From contig OZ059897.1 of NCBI GenBank assembly GCA_964057225.1, positions 7,192,001 to 7,256,000 on the forward strand: DNA of 64,000 nucleotides, read 5' to 3'. The position numbers and the translations under genes were made by a program. The DNA comes from Auanema rhodensis (taxonomy: Eukaryota > Animalia > Nematoda). Below the pieces are notes generated by a model. It was not told the DNA's origin and made no database searches. It saw nothing but the letters and a program-made list of their open reading frames with translations. Positions 25,862 through 41,271 of this stretch are shown one piece after another. Within the stretch, counting starts at the first letter, position 1, and each line of letters starts with the position of its first letter.

Positions 25862-26715
25862 ATACAAATAGCAAAGCAAATTCTATCAGAAGAAAGAGAA
25901 AAAGAGGACAATAGAATTAGAAAATGAGAGATGAAACTGTTACTCAGGTAGCCATGAACATAATCATCAGACAGACTACATGATGTCCCGCCGGGGGTGG
26001 ATGTGTAACTGATCTGTTCGCATCTTTCATTTCCCATATTTTCCATTTTTAATGTCATTCTTCTACCTCAAATTTCTTTCTAAATCTTATATCTTGTTAT
26101 GAAAAATGGCCCTATTCAATCCAAAACGGGATTTCACTTGTTCTTCTTGCCTCGTCCTCCTGTGCAAGGAGGACCGACGACGCCGACAACGCTGTCGACG
26201 ACGATACAACTTCCTAGACCGAGGTCGAAAAGCGACTGTCAACCAGCTAAGTACCCCTAATTTTGTCTATTTCCCTGTTATTTCCAGTTAAATAAATGGT
26301 TGAATCTAGCATTTTCTTGTAAAATTTTTGCATTTTCATGACTTGATCCGTTGACGTACGATGCTTAGGAAGAGAGCACAGAGGGGGGGGGGGGGGAGAG
26401 AGGTTTATATTGAGAAATGGTTTGTAGGATACAGGAAAAAAGGCTTAGTGGCCACTAACAACATAAACAGAATCCATTTTTAACGCATTGCTTTGAAAGT
26501 ATCAAAGATCTAACAAGCCATGTAGACAGATAATTTCCAATGAAATTGAAGGTTAACAATGAAAACGAAAAAAGAAAAGTAATTTGTCATAAAAAATGTT
26601 GAAAGAACATTTGGGTGATGAGTGGCATCGTTGATTGTGTGAGGTTATAAAGCTGCTGAACGTTCCAGCTTTTATGGTTTCCAAGCAAGAAGGAAAGCGG
26701 GCATGATACTTTTTT

Positions 26716-26762
<47 letters not shown>

Positions 26763-27853
26763 CCGTCTCTGTCATGGTCTGCTGGATATTTGAAGAGAAA
26801 ACGAAAAGTAGTTGTTGAAAAATTGAAAGAAAATAAAGAAAATAGCTGACATTTGATCTAATTCGATAATTATATTGAATGCAGAATGAATGAGAAGAAG
26901 CATATGCTTTGATTGGATTACATACTATCAGCCAGTATCTTAATCCAGCATATTCTGATAAAGCATGAAAGCAGGGTAGCTGGGGGGCTTTGTTGATGAA
27001 CAGAGAGAGAAAGAGAAAGATAAAGGGGCGAGAGGGAATTCAAACTTTCTTATTTTTTTGAAAGAAAGGGGGATATGAGCTTCATTAGAAGAATGAATAA
27101 AAAATAATAAACTAAACATATGAATTAGATGAAGTGTTACTCTGTTTTATTGACTGATAAATATATACATAGTTAGTTTGGAGAGAAAGTAAAACAGAGA
27201 GAGAGATAGAGAGAGATAATAAATTTTAAAAAAATATATATGTACATCACATTTAAGAGAGACGGACGGATGTGATCTCTCTGCCTAATGTGGCCAGAGG
27301 GCTCTATATGTCCTGAGGGTGATATCAACTAATGAGACTATGAGCATGGATATATAGAAAATGCGAAGGAGAGATACAGCGTAAGGTTTCAAATTGAACG
27401 CATAACAGCTAAAGGAGTGAGAGTGTGAGAGAGACAGAAAGAGAAATAGAGATAGAGAGATAGAGCTTTGACTTGCACGAGCAAAGCCTGAGAGGGCAAC
27501 TAGCTTTACGTGGAATAGTAAGAGGTGAGAAAGATTATTATAGAAAAAGAGAATAAAGGTAAATTTTAGAAAAAAATAAAGATTAAGCTGAATATGACGG
27601 AGGGAGAGAAGGAGGCTCGATGAGAATAAAAAGAGCTCATATAAAAGGTCTGAAGGGGTGCTCAGCCAACAGCAGCAACACGTATTAATGTCTCTTTGAC
27701 TGTGTGCATTTTTCCTATTTTCAGCGTCATTTTCAATATAAGTATATGTCCAAATATCGCGAATATTCACCTCTTAAGCTAAATGAAATGCACATTTAGC
27801 TTTGGAACACAGAGAAAAAGGGAAAGAATTGATGATATAAAGATATAAGGAGG

Positions 27854-27906
<53 letters not shown>

Positions 27907-28726
27907 AGGCAAATGACTAGGTGAGCGAGGAACCAAATTAAAGATAGAAATAGACAAGGCAGAACAAGGAATATTTGTGAATAAAAAGGAAATAAGAGAT
28001 AAAAGCTGAAAAAAAGAAAGAAGAACCCAAGAAAAGATTAAGGAGGAAGACAAAAAAACAACACATTTGATGAAAAAAATGAAAATTGAAAGTTGAATTT
28101 GCTCATTTTACACTTTACTTTTCTCTTTTCTCCTCTTTTTTTTTCTAGAAAGGGAATATCATAGAAAGTAGAGAGTTGATGATAGATTCAGACTTCGTTG
28201 AAGGCTTTGTTCATACGTTCTCGTTTATCTATCTCTTGTCTTCTGCTTATATTGCAAAACTGAATGAACTTCAGTCAAGCGATTTCGAACTGCAGTATAG
28301 AATGCATAATTTTCTATGATTAATTAAATATATAATATAACTAGTATTAAGTTAGTGGAAATGTAGTTAATAATATGGAATAAATTATTACTAAAATTAT
28401 ACTTAAACTAAAGGAAATTAGTACTAAAGTAAATGAATAAATAAACAGTGAGAGTTGACTGACTGAGTGACTGACTATGCTACTTCGCTTTTACCCTTGC
28501 TTGCCCTCGTTTGCCTCTCTCAGTCGAGAATAAGTAGCGAATGAATGCAACCGCTTACTTTGTTATTTTACGTTGAAAATAAAACATCAGCAGACACCAA
28601 TATGAGGCTATACGTGGCATTTCACGTGATGTCATGTACGTGAACGTGAAGAAAGATAGAGTCAACGAAAAAGTATTCAAGTCTCCTATACATGGTTTGC
28701 ATTGAGAAAGGATAGAGAGAGAGAGT

Positions 28727-28776
<50 letters not shown>

Positions 28777-30990
28777 GAGAGAGAGAGAAAGGGAGAGAGA
28801 AAACGGCTATACACACCAGGTGGGAGATGCATTTTCATGTATACGTTGGCTTTAGTATATTCAAAATTATTATTCTAATCTATAATTTGCATAATTAGAA
28901 TAATAATAATAATAATAATAAGATAAAAGAGCAGTTTCGCCATAATATTGGCAACAAAATACCTCTCGTTCGACACGAAAGCTTCGTTTCATTTATTGGC
29001 GATGACAGAATGAATTGATGTTGCATCTCTGTTTCAATGTCACCAATTGAACGGGCTGAAGCTCTCAAGCGCTGACTGAACCAGCTGAGAGCTTCGGCTT
29101 GACATTAGCTTCCATATCGACGACAGCAAAATAACAGCAATGATGCTACTGCTATTGCTAACTGCTGCTGTGTTGGCTCAACATGAACGACAACGACGAC
29201 GACGATGCAAGCATCATCGAAATGTGTGGTGTAGCGTGAAATGATCATCCGATTTTATCCTGACTCATAATAAGGTGTTAGGTGTGTGTGTGTGTATGTG
29301 TGTGTGTGTGCAGCTTGACTAGATAAGTATAAACGACATTATGTTATTTTTAGAAAATAATTTTTGAAAAAAAAAAGAGAACGAGACGTAGATGATCACA
29401 AGGAGGGCGATAGCGATAACGACGACGACGACGACAACGACGTTGATGAATACGACAATGACGACGTCAACAACGGATTGATAAAGAGTGTTATAATTGA
29501 TTATAAACTGAGCACAGCATATCAACCGGATATAGATAATCAATGGTGTATCTGATGCTGTAACGTGAAAACACGTGATATGCTTGATTGGGCATAGAGG
29601 GTGAACGATAAAAGAAGAAATGAAACTGAGAATCAAATTAAAAGAGGAAAGAAGGCAAAAAGCTGAGAACAATTTGAACATGTAAGAACATACACATAGA
29701 GATATGTATATGGATCGTCTTGCTTCACCTGCTCAAATTGAATATGTTGTTCAATCAAGCTTTAACGAAATACAGAATAGCTAATGAAAATGAGCTGAAA
29801 AAGTAAAAATAGATGTACCAATAGTATAATATAATATTTTAGTAAACTATATACATATAGTTAAAGTTTAATATTATATATTATTTGAATGAGAAGTATC
29901 AAGAACAATATTAGAAGTGCGAAGAAACGACAGAGACGTATACATTCACATCCAAAATGATAATTTTGACAAAGTTTGTTCAAACAACAAACATTTTTCA
30001 ATACAACTTGAAGCTTATTCGTGTGCTCCTGAAGTACTTCAAACTACTGAATGCGATTTCTCTCATTAATTCTGATTTGAGGTCGGAGAAAAGCACATAC
30101 TTCTCATTCTCACTACACATCGACTTCATACTATACAAGGTGAAACAGAGATAGCCAGATAGAAGGACGCCAAATGGAAAAAAAAAACGATAATTTCCAA
30201 AAAACAAAACAAAAATATATTCACAGCAATATGAAAATGAGCTAAAGCAACAAGAGCCATATCGCCAGCTGTCTGTTGACCAAATGACTGGCCACAAAGC
30301 TAATTGGTGATGAAATTTCGAATTCTTTGTTGTGCCTGACAACGACGACGAGCGACAGTCACGGCAGCAGCAGCAGTAGCACTAGCAGTGAAGGCGCAGT
30401 AGCAGCAGCAGCAGCAGCAGCGGCCACACTAGCCATGGCATGCTCACTGCTGCATGTCGGCAGCCACGACGACGACGAGGATGATTATGATGATGAAGAT
30501 GAGCAGGATGAGACATCAATAATGGCCAACGTCTACATTTAATTCAGTGTGCATCGTCATTTGTCATTGAAACGAATATGAAAAATGTAGGAAAAGGATG
30601 TAGAGGTAATGAGGGTAGAAGAGATAACGATTAGACGTTTATGGAGATAAAACCTAGAATGAGTTGTGAGCTTCCAGCTGCAACTGATGACGACGATGAT
30701 GGAGATAGTGAGGAAGAGGATGATGAGCATGATGACGATGAAGCAGCGGCATATCTACGTTGCAAGCCGACGCGGACAAAATACTCATAAACATCCGATA
30801 GACAATTACAAATTGATTCCACATAGGAAAGAATAAAAAAAATTGAAATAAGCTTCTGATGAATTCAAAATCTTTTTTTTTTTGATTCTTGAATAAGTCA
30901 AGGCAGTCGATTGTTGAGAACATGCGATAGGTGGTTGGAGACAGCAAGAACCATTCAGATGAGAAGAGATCTAGAGGCGATGTAGAAAAT

Positions 30991-31077
<87 letters not shown>

Positions 31078-32205
31078 TCAGTAGCATACGTTCCATATAG
31101 CTCAGCTTCTCAATCATCCTCATTTACAATTTTATTGTGGTCATTGGAAGCTAGCGAGAGATCATGTGAAGAAGTGAGATTGTCTCTTCCGCTCTTCAGA
31201 CCTTTTCAAAGCCTGGAATCATTCATCCGTATAAGGAAACGAGGGAATCTCACACGGCCGTCGCTGATGCTGAGCTCATACCGCAGCAACTTGCTTTACT
31301 CATCTCTCTTGACGTTCTATGTTAGTTATGCTGATTATGAAAACAGATATGTGATCTATGAAAACCTAGAATCCAAAAAATGAAATGCGAAGAGAAGTAG
31401 AAGAAGGTTATAAGTCTGACGTGCCAAGCACCAAGCAGCAACATGAAGAGAAGTGGATAGAAGTGGAGAGAAGGAGGGGGGGGGAGATTCAGAAGAATCT
31501 TGATTTGACAGGTGCTCTTTCATTTCCAGCTGTCTAATATCTCTTCTAATTTAATTATTTCATTTAACGTATTAAAATGAAGTTTATATGAATATTAAAG
31601 TCATTTTATGAATTATCCAACTATGTCGATTGAAATTTCCGGAAATATCCATATAGTTAGAGTTAACTATATGTTTCAAGCGGAAGTAAAAAAGCTTTCA
31701 TAAAGCTTAAAAAGGCTTATCATGCTGATGTAACGAGTTAATAGTAATTGGATGAAATATAACTTATGGTATGTATGTGAATATCTAAAATAAGAGGAAC
31801 CAATTTGGATTAGATGTCATTGTAGATCATAAACACAACATATTCTGATAAGCTGTTCGTATTTCGTGCCAATAGTACATAAACTATTGGAGAGAAAAAA
31901 TTGAAAATAAAGCTGATTTTCATATAGAAGAACACAGATAATGCTATTCGTATAGAGGAAATGAAGTATAATTAGTGATATTTTGCAATAAATGATGAAT
32001 AACAATGAGCATAATGTTATCTCATTTTACCTTCTATTCACCTCTCTTTACCTCTCTCTTTACCTCCCTTTCTAAAGCTTTCTCTGTTTTAAGCTCAATT
32101 TGTCTCTTTTTCTTTTACTTCAATTTATAATCAATTTTGGTATTCAGAACTCTCGTGTCTCTATACAAATGTATTATATGTGATAAAAATAGAGAGAGAG
32201 AGAAA

Positions 32206-32266
<61 letters not shown>

Positions 32267-32599
32267 AGAGAGAGAAGCGAATGATAGTAATGGAAACACA
32301 GATGAAGTAGAAGGAAGTGAAATGAAGGAAAAGACACAAAAGGATTTTATGCTTCTACTGCACAACCCACATAGAACGTAAATTAAGCTTAAACCTTGTA
32401 TACTTCGTGTGGAGGCGACAAAAAAAATTAAAATAGGCGGAGCTTAAACATTGTGCTTCAAGCTCAGTGACTACGATTTCAATTGCGGTCGTTGAGACAG
32501 CAAATTTCCTGAGAGTTCGACGACGCAGAAATAACTGGTATGTAGCTAATTAACCGGATGAGTAGTCGATTGGAGCGTCATTTCTTGTGAGAGTTCTAT

Positions 32600-32662
<63 letters not shown>

Positions 32663-33872
32663 CATAGAGAGGGAAGTTGATACATGAATACAGGTTGATA
32701 TAAGACTCTATGATCACCGACAGAAGCATTGTTTTTCAATATCAAAGCTAACGACGACAATTATGTGGAGAGCTGTACCGTTTGACAGAAATCGAAGATC
32801 AGATGTGTTTGCGACTATTCAGTTATCAGAATAAGAGATGAACGGTTGAATAGCCAGATAAAGGTGATGAAGTTGAAAGGAGAACAGATCAACAAGAGGA
32901 GAGAAGAGAGAGCAAAAGGATGATTGAGAGGAAGAACGGATAGATAGAGAAAGCATATGAAACTCTTGTTTACTTGGACGTTTTTTATCTGGCTATTTCA
33001 GTCTTGATACTGAAGCACACATGAAACCGGCTGACGAAAACATACACCAACCATCGATGGCCAATGCCACGACAACGTCGTCGAAGGGAGTAGAAAAGGG
33101 TATATAGAGAGAAGGAGGTAGCCGTCGAAAGCCTCAGAGAGTTAAGATAGCACGAAAAGATAGATAGAGAGAGCGAGAGGGAGAGAGAGAGAGAAAGGAG
33201 GGGGAGGGGGTAAAAAAGCTATGACATAAACAATATCTGAAATTATAGAAAACGAAATACGAATTTAGAGACATGGAAGATGATAGTTGATGACTAGAAC
33301 CACATGAAATGCAGAGCATTTCATTGAGCAGGATGGGTGGAGCTAAGAGGGACTGAAATCATCTGGTGTTTTGGAAAGCTAAGAAGCAACATATGAAGCA
33401 TTATAGATTATTCATAATACAATAAGATATAGAAATCTTATAATGACGTTTGAAGACGGTTAAGCATGGATACTCTCATTGAATATAACTGTAAGCTCAG
33501 TAAAAGGTCGTTATGATATGATTGTAATATATAATATAACAAACAGGTATTTTTATGATATTTATTCAGCTGAGTGTATGAATGTCCAGATATTTGTCTA
33601 TCTACGAAATTTATTCCTTTTTTTCTTTTAAATTTTTTGCTCAAAAAATTTAACAAAATCGACAGATATTTGCAAAATATTTTAAACATGATCGAATACA
33701 TATCATATCGAAGTTGAAATTATTTCAAATAAAGTCTGTGAATGATATGAGAGATTGAAGAAGCATCGGTTGATGTTGCCTTCTTTTTAAGTTCTGAGCT
33801 ATATTAAAGTTCGGTAAAGCATACCGACTGTAAGCCTATGTTCTTTTGCGTTCTGGAGAGATGAAAGATACA

Positions 33873-33930
<58 letters not shown>

Positions 33931-36431
33931 AAGAGGTTATGAGATCGAATGTTGTTGAGAGTTATCGTATTAACTATATTCTATACAAAAATCTTTCAAA
34001 CAAAAAAAACACAACTGAAGTTGAAAGAAAGTTTTTTTTTTGAAAAAGGAAATAAACACAGACATACATAGCCATGTAGACAGACGACAAAGTTTTGAAT
34101 GTGATATTGAGAAATGATGGAATACAAAGTGGTTATTATGCTACAAGCTATGATATTGATAAAGAAAATATAAAAATATATAATTTATTCTATATTATAA
34201 GTATAAAATTTAATTTATTTTCTATTTCTATCTACATACATGCATAGATCGCTATTTTCTAAATTCATGAAAATATTATACATGTACAAGATAATTTATG
34301 TTGATTATAAATTTTTTTTCTTCTAAAAAATGATGAAAATGATGATCCAAATAATGTATTTTTCTTGATATATACTATATACTATATGTATATATAGAAT
34401 AGATACTCTGAGTTAGATGATGTAGCTGAATGATGGTGCATCATAGTGCTTCTGCCTTCATCATTCTTGAGTTATATCTTTCTTTCTTTCTGGACTTCCT
34501 TCTTCGGAATGAATTAATTGAAGAATTTATGGATGAAACTTCATGTAAATAGGATTTTCTCTCTATCTTTCTATTTTAATAGAAAGAGAGAGAGAGAGAG
34601 AGATAAGTAGAGAGAGAGAGAAAAATACCCTTATACGTATACGTTACTTGGCTTCTTTTTTACGATTTTTGACAAACGTATAACTATGTTATTCTTATAA
34701 TTTTTTTTCCATTTTTATTGTTTTAAAAACGATAAAAACTGAAAATAAAGAAATATATAAGAAATATTATAGTATCTATCTATCTATATTTCATATAAAT
34801 TATAATTTTAAAAATAAATATAAAATATTCAAAGCCAATATAGTTAGATACTTTTATGGTGACTTGATGATAATCAGTACAAATGTATCAATTGAGAATA
34901 ACCACAAATTATGGAGAATAAGGAAGAAAAGAAGAAACATTAGTCTTTTTTCATCTTTTTTTTTTCTCATTTCTTTTGACTTCCTTGCAAGTTTTATGGA
35001 AAATGGGAAAAGATGGAATAATGAACTATGGAAAATCTTTTAATTAATTTCATATCAAATACAAATCTTTCAACTATATTAGTAGATTGAGAAAATGGCT
35101 TGCAATGAAATAGATGAGATGAGACTCTTGGAAGCTCAACCAACGGAAAAAATGAACAGACAGAGAGAGAAGGGGGATGGAAGAATGGAGGGAGACAAGC
35201 AGGCCAAAACCGCAATATGGAGAGATTGCACGAGGACAAGAAGGAAAAGAAGAATGAAGAGGAAGGGAAGAAGAAGGAGGAGGCAGATGGACCGGAATTT
35301 CATATCTGGCCTCCATATAAGGTGAGGAAGCTATATGGCTACACTATGCCATCTTCTGCGATTCTCCTAATACCAAATGATATTTCGTGTCATCTAAATG
35401 GCCCAACTGCCAACAGCTATCTGTCCCATGGGCAGAAGTAAAAGCCGTCAGCGCTGTCATTAATATTCTCAATTAAGCTCAGAGCCTTTTGCATAGGCAG
35501 GGGTCTGTTGGGCTTGATCGCTAAGCAGACGTTCAAAGCTATATACGGACAAATATATTAAAAAGAGAAAAGAAGTTTCATTAGTTGAGGTGGGGATATA
35601 AGATAACATGTTTGATGTATAGAAGATGAGATGAGATACATACGTTTTAGATATGTGTATATAATACATACATACATCTATGCAGATACAACTGTGTGAG
35701 CTTAGCTGAAAGCTCATTCGACGTCTGATGCAGCATCAGATGCACACAAAGTTGGGATGACATGCCGATGGGCTTTTCACTCGGTGTCGCCGTCATGTCT
35801 CAGTCGCAGTATAGTCATTCAATCGGGCTAAGGGCAAGTCTACTTTGCGGCACTGACACTCACACATCAGCACGAACTTTTCATTTTTTTCATTTCAGAG
35901 TTATTCAAAAATATGAAAAGAATAGTAGCAAACAATAGTTTAGAAGTTTCAATAAACTATTTTCATCAAAAATAACATAATTAGCATAATTAAGTATATT
36001 TACGTGAACTAATCACGTGATTTACATGATCACTAATTATTTCATTTTAAGTTCTCAGCACTAGAAGGGCGGTTGTTTTGAAATCAACACAGTCAAGAGA
36101 TTCATGAGTAAACTACGTACAATAGTATAAAGAGAGAATGTATATTCTCTCTCTCGTTGTTCATTTTTTGAGTGAATGTATTGAAAGTTGCAAGTTCATG
36201 ATGTGTAATCTGATTATACTAGCGATCGCGTTGCCAAATGCCTATTTTCAATAGTGAATTTAGGCGTTAAGCACTCAGATTAATTAAGCGGGTAATGCGT
36301 AAAATTCTTGTGGAAAAAGCTAAAGCTATATAGGCTTTACCGTAATCGAGAGAAGAGCATTAAAGGCAATTAAATAGATTGCAAGAACAATAGCAGAGAG
36401 TAACATAGAACATACAAAGAAGAATAAGACT

Positions 36432-36474
<43 letters not shown>

Positions 36475-36818
36475 AAAGAATGAACGAATACAGAAGTGTA
36501 TTTCATGAAAGGAACGTTGTGAATTGAACTTGCTGAGGACAGTCTATCTACATATCTGATTTGATAGAAAATTTTCAAAGAAATGAAATATTCAGATGAT
36601 GATGAGCTAAGAGAAGCATGTTACTGGTGATAGAATGAAATATGAAATTTATGTAGAATGATGTCATGTTAATGGCTAAGACAAGAGTAGCGAGGTTTTA
36701 CTGAATGCTATACTCGCTCACATTTCTCATTTTGCATGTGATATCTATAATTCTGATAAAACTTGAATAAGATGAAGTTTGAGCATCTAAGGAGGGAAAT
36801 CGGAAAAGGAGAGAAACA

Positions 36819-36865
<47 letters not shown>

Positions 36866-37308
36866 GGGAAATAAAGAGAGAAAGGAGATGAGCAAGATGA
36901 AAGGAGAATACTAAAGAGGAAAAGCAGGAGAGGACCGAAGACAATATGTACAAGATGATGATGATGAGATTGAAAGGCAGAAGTGTCATATTACTTTCAT
37001 TAGTCTTAGATATTTAGCTTTTAATTAATATAATTATTATTGTCCTGATATATATATACACATGACATTTCTAAATTAAGTCTCAGTAGCAATATTGCGT
37101 CATTATTGCTTTGCTGTCAAAGTAGTTGTTGAAGTGGACAAAACGAATTATCTGACAGACAACTGACAGGACGGATCAATGAGTTGTGGTCGAATCGACG
37201 ACGACATCGATGGTCTCTCTTCCTCTGTTTTACTGAAGATACATATTCAGCATTTAGCTATTCAAGGGTCATCCCAAAGATTTAGAGAGAGAGCGAGAAG
37301 GTAAGTAG

Positions 37309-37376
<68 letters not shown>

Positions 37377-38339
37377 TAACTGGATAATTTGTTGTTAAAT
37401 TCTCTTGTTTAAGTCTGGTATTCAATGACTATAATCTATTTTAAAATAGTCAAATGTTCAAACAAGACTTAGTAGAAAAGCTGAGCATAATATACATATA
37501 GTTAGAATTATGGGATTGTAGTTTGAACAGCTTTCAGCAGTACAATGTAAGCACTAGAGGTTGTCAGATACAGGATGTTCGTTGTGCATGAATGAATGGT
37601 GTCTGAGAGCATCATCTACATATATGTGTTCGGAAAATGAAGATACATGAACATATAGAATGTACATGTACGTCTACATATACACCGACTGAATAATCAG
37701 ATGGATTGCTAACTTCAATCTCAATAATGAAAAGGACCAGACAGAAGGATAATTCGAATAGCCTTGGTTATATAGACGTCGTCTGCAATTCTTCATGGTC
37801 ATTTTAAAGATTTTTCATCTGAATTTTCAATGTTCACACATTCATATAACATGAGATACGTAAATTTCAAAAAAAAAGTTGTCAATATGAAAAGTTTGTG
37901 AATGAGTTGAAATGGATATGACGGATATCAGAGATTAAACAACATCCTTTAAATAGGATGAGTATGATATTTCAATAATTAACTAACTATATGGTATAGT
38001 TAGTGCATACTTGATTTTCAGCTCATTTACTTAGTTTGGAAGCAAATTCCAAAAACATTAATTGCTTCCAAAAAAGATTGTATGAAATCTTTAAAATGTC
38101 CTACGATTTCCATAGGAAAATGGCACATTAGTCAACAGCTTTTGTTACCATCTCAAGATGGCAGACGTCGAAAAAGAAAGGATATAGAGAGAGAGAGATA
38201 GAGGGAAAGGTGGAACAGAGAGAAAAAGAGATAGAGGGGAACACAACAGCTTGGTAGCTAATGCGTTTGAGACACAAAACCTTAAGACGTATGAAAATGA
38301 AGAAGAACCAAAGGAGGACTTTAAAAAAACATAGAGAAG

Positions 38340-38384
<45 letters not shown>

Positions 38385-39882
38385 AAAGGAATTCATTGCT
38401 AACGAAGTGAGAAGGACAATTATACATGAAAACCTGTAAGATATGCTCTCTCTCTCTCTTCCAAATGTTTATTTCCTAGTCTTTCGAAGTATATTGCCTC
38501 AATTCAAGCTTTTCTACATATGTACATACATATGAAATTATCTTAGCCTTTTGTGCTGTGCTCATCATACAAATATGGCAAAAGCAGATTTTCATGTAAA
38601 TGAGTAGCAAGCAAATGGTCATAGAGAGCATAAGAGGGAGAGAGAAAAGAGAGAGAGAGAGAAGGACGAACAAGCTGGTAGAGGTGGTTTTCGATTAAAA
38701 GAGGTTAGAACAATAACATACATCTCATATAGTCATTGCCGTCTGCTGTAGAGAATCTTAAAATCATTTTCTCATTCTGATTCTCTCTCTTTCTAATTCT
38801 CTCTCTCTCTCTGTATCTTTCTCTTTCTTCTTCTCATCCTTTTCTCGTTTACAATCTTTTACTCTCAAAGGTTGTTTCATGTTCGTCCTAAATAAGAGAA
38901 CCAAGCACATGAGAGCAGATTGAATGAAAATGAAATGATTCTTTCTCTTCTCTCTCTTCTATCTCTCTATCTGTATGCAAAGAAAGAAGAGAGGTTTTGA
39001 AGAGTAACGAAGAAGATAAGCAAAGCCTTTACTATAACTTCATTATAACCAGATGTGCCCTCGGGTAATATATAGAAATAGAAGAATGAAAGAGATGCAA
39101 TAACGTCAAGGATTCCTCGAGATCCAATCAAAATGTATTTTCGTCTAAGTAGGAACTGAAGACTATGTAAGTTTTAATTCGAAATATACAAGGGATCTCC
39201 GGTTTTCTGTTGCAGACGGATGCCAAAAAAACTGCAAATTCAGTACATAACTGAAAGATTAATCCGGAAGAATTAAAGGAAAGCCAAAAAAAGAGCTCAT
39301 GAAGATGTTGGGATTACTAAAAGCTGCCTTCATTACATGTTTTGAGGGAAAAAAGAGAAAAGGGTCGAAGACGAAAGATGAGAAGAGATAACTGTTCGAA
39401 AGCTAAATGAAGCGGTCAAATGAAAATTCATCATCAATGCCTGTGTATGTGGGAAACAGCAAGCCGACATACGAATTGCATCTTTCCGTGAAAGATGTAA
39501 CTTGAAATAGATTGAAAAAAATATTCAAAAATCTGTGAAATCTCGATTGGATTGGATTGAAAAAAATCTGTTGGCAAGCAGCTGTTAGAGATTATGCTGA
39601 ATGTCTCAGTTTGAACATTTGAATTTCGAATAAATAGCCTCAATCATTTCAATAGATATTCATCATTTCTAAGTAAGTTACTCCCAATGTAGCTTGAAAG
39701 CTCGTTGATATGAACTGATGTATTTCATATCCAATATAGAAAAGCTGATATGTGATAAAGAGCTTATAGCATTTAGGCTTACAGCATTACGAGAGAGAGG
39801 GAGAGAGAAAGAGAGAGAGAGAGAGAGAGTAAGAGTAAGAGAGAGAGAGATAGAGAGAGAGATAGAGAGAGGGAGAGAGAGA

Positions 39883-39932
<50 letters not shown>

Positions 39933-40261
39933 AACATGTATGAAGCTGATGGTTCAGTGGATAGTTCTCGCTCTCTCAATAAATCAGGGCGATCTGGGAA
40001 TTGCTAGTAGTAGCTGAGAAAAGAAATTTCACATTCGCACGACGTTTTTGTGAAATCATTCTCTCTATATATTTATAATTTCCAAAGCTATTCAGAAGTC
40101 TGAAGAAGAATTTTTGATGATCACGAAAGAAACGAAGAGAGTATTCACAGTCTCCTACTATGTACATATGTGCATGAGTGGTATGATTGAATGAAATATA
40201 TAAGAGAGAATTAAGATGAATATCATAAAGAGAGAATAAAAGAATTTCAAGAAAAAGTTAG

Positions 40262-40336
<75 letters not shown>

Positions 40337-41222
40337 AAGAGAATACCGACGAACGCGGGCGGGGGGGATGTTTGCAAAAAAACGAGCCAGCCGGAAGAGA
40401 TAGACTTTGATATTTTAAGGACAAAAAGACAATTTTTTTCAAAATAATACATTTCATATATTTATATATGTAGTATAACCATTGATTCTTTATTATATAT
40501 ATAGTTTAACTGTTATTGAGAAGAAAATAGTCTAATACGCATAATTCATGAAACAGCGTAGAAGAACAATGAGGAAAGGTTGTCAATGAGATGCATGCAA
40601 GTGGGCAGTATCATTCAGGCTAGTACCATTAATTCTCAAGATAACTTGAAAGATAGATAGTTACAAACTCATTATTCAGCTCATTTGTTTTAATTTTTTG
40701 TTGAAAAAAACGAAAACAAAAAAGGCTGAGAAGTAGTTATGATGATGTTATCGCAAGTATCATCTCATAGACAAGAAAGAAATAACATCATTATGCTAGC
40801 TCGAACTCGATTCATTGCCTTTCTATAAGCTTAGACTTTATTTGAAAAATTATAAAAGATTTCAAGCATATTCTACAGTGTTAGTCATCAGATTATGAAA
40901 ATAGGGAAATGAGCTGGGAGGCAAAAAGAAAAAAAGGATGGGAAAGAGACAATTTTGGACGGGGTGGCCATCAACAATGAAATTCAATGAAAGGTACCAC
41001 GTTTTTTTTCTTTTTTAGCTTGAAGTATGTACCAGCTACAACATCGTTCGTTTCAATTTCGTTCTATTATGAAAGGCAGCAGGAAACATTGGCAGGAACA
41101 AAGAACGATTTCAGAGCTTTTGTGAGTATAAGCAACTTGCAAAAACTTGGATGAAGACACGTATTTTGAAAGAGATAGAGAGGGGGAGAAAGAGGGAAAG
41201 AAAGCTAGAGTGGAAAACGTGT

Positions 41223-41271
<49 letters not shown>

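Noticed and set aside
29364-30947. Poly-Asp/Ser/Ala ORFs (29364-29555, 30327-30542, 30631-30822)
   Set aside because: They derive from trinucleotide repeats (GAC, GCA, GAT) inside the ptb-1 intron; no consistent exon chain was found.
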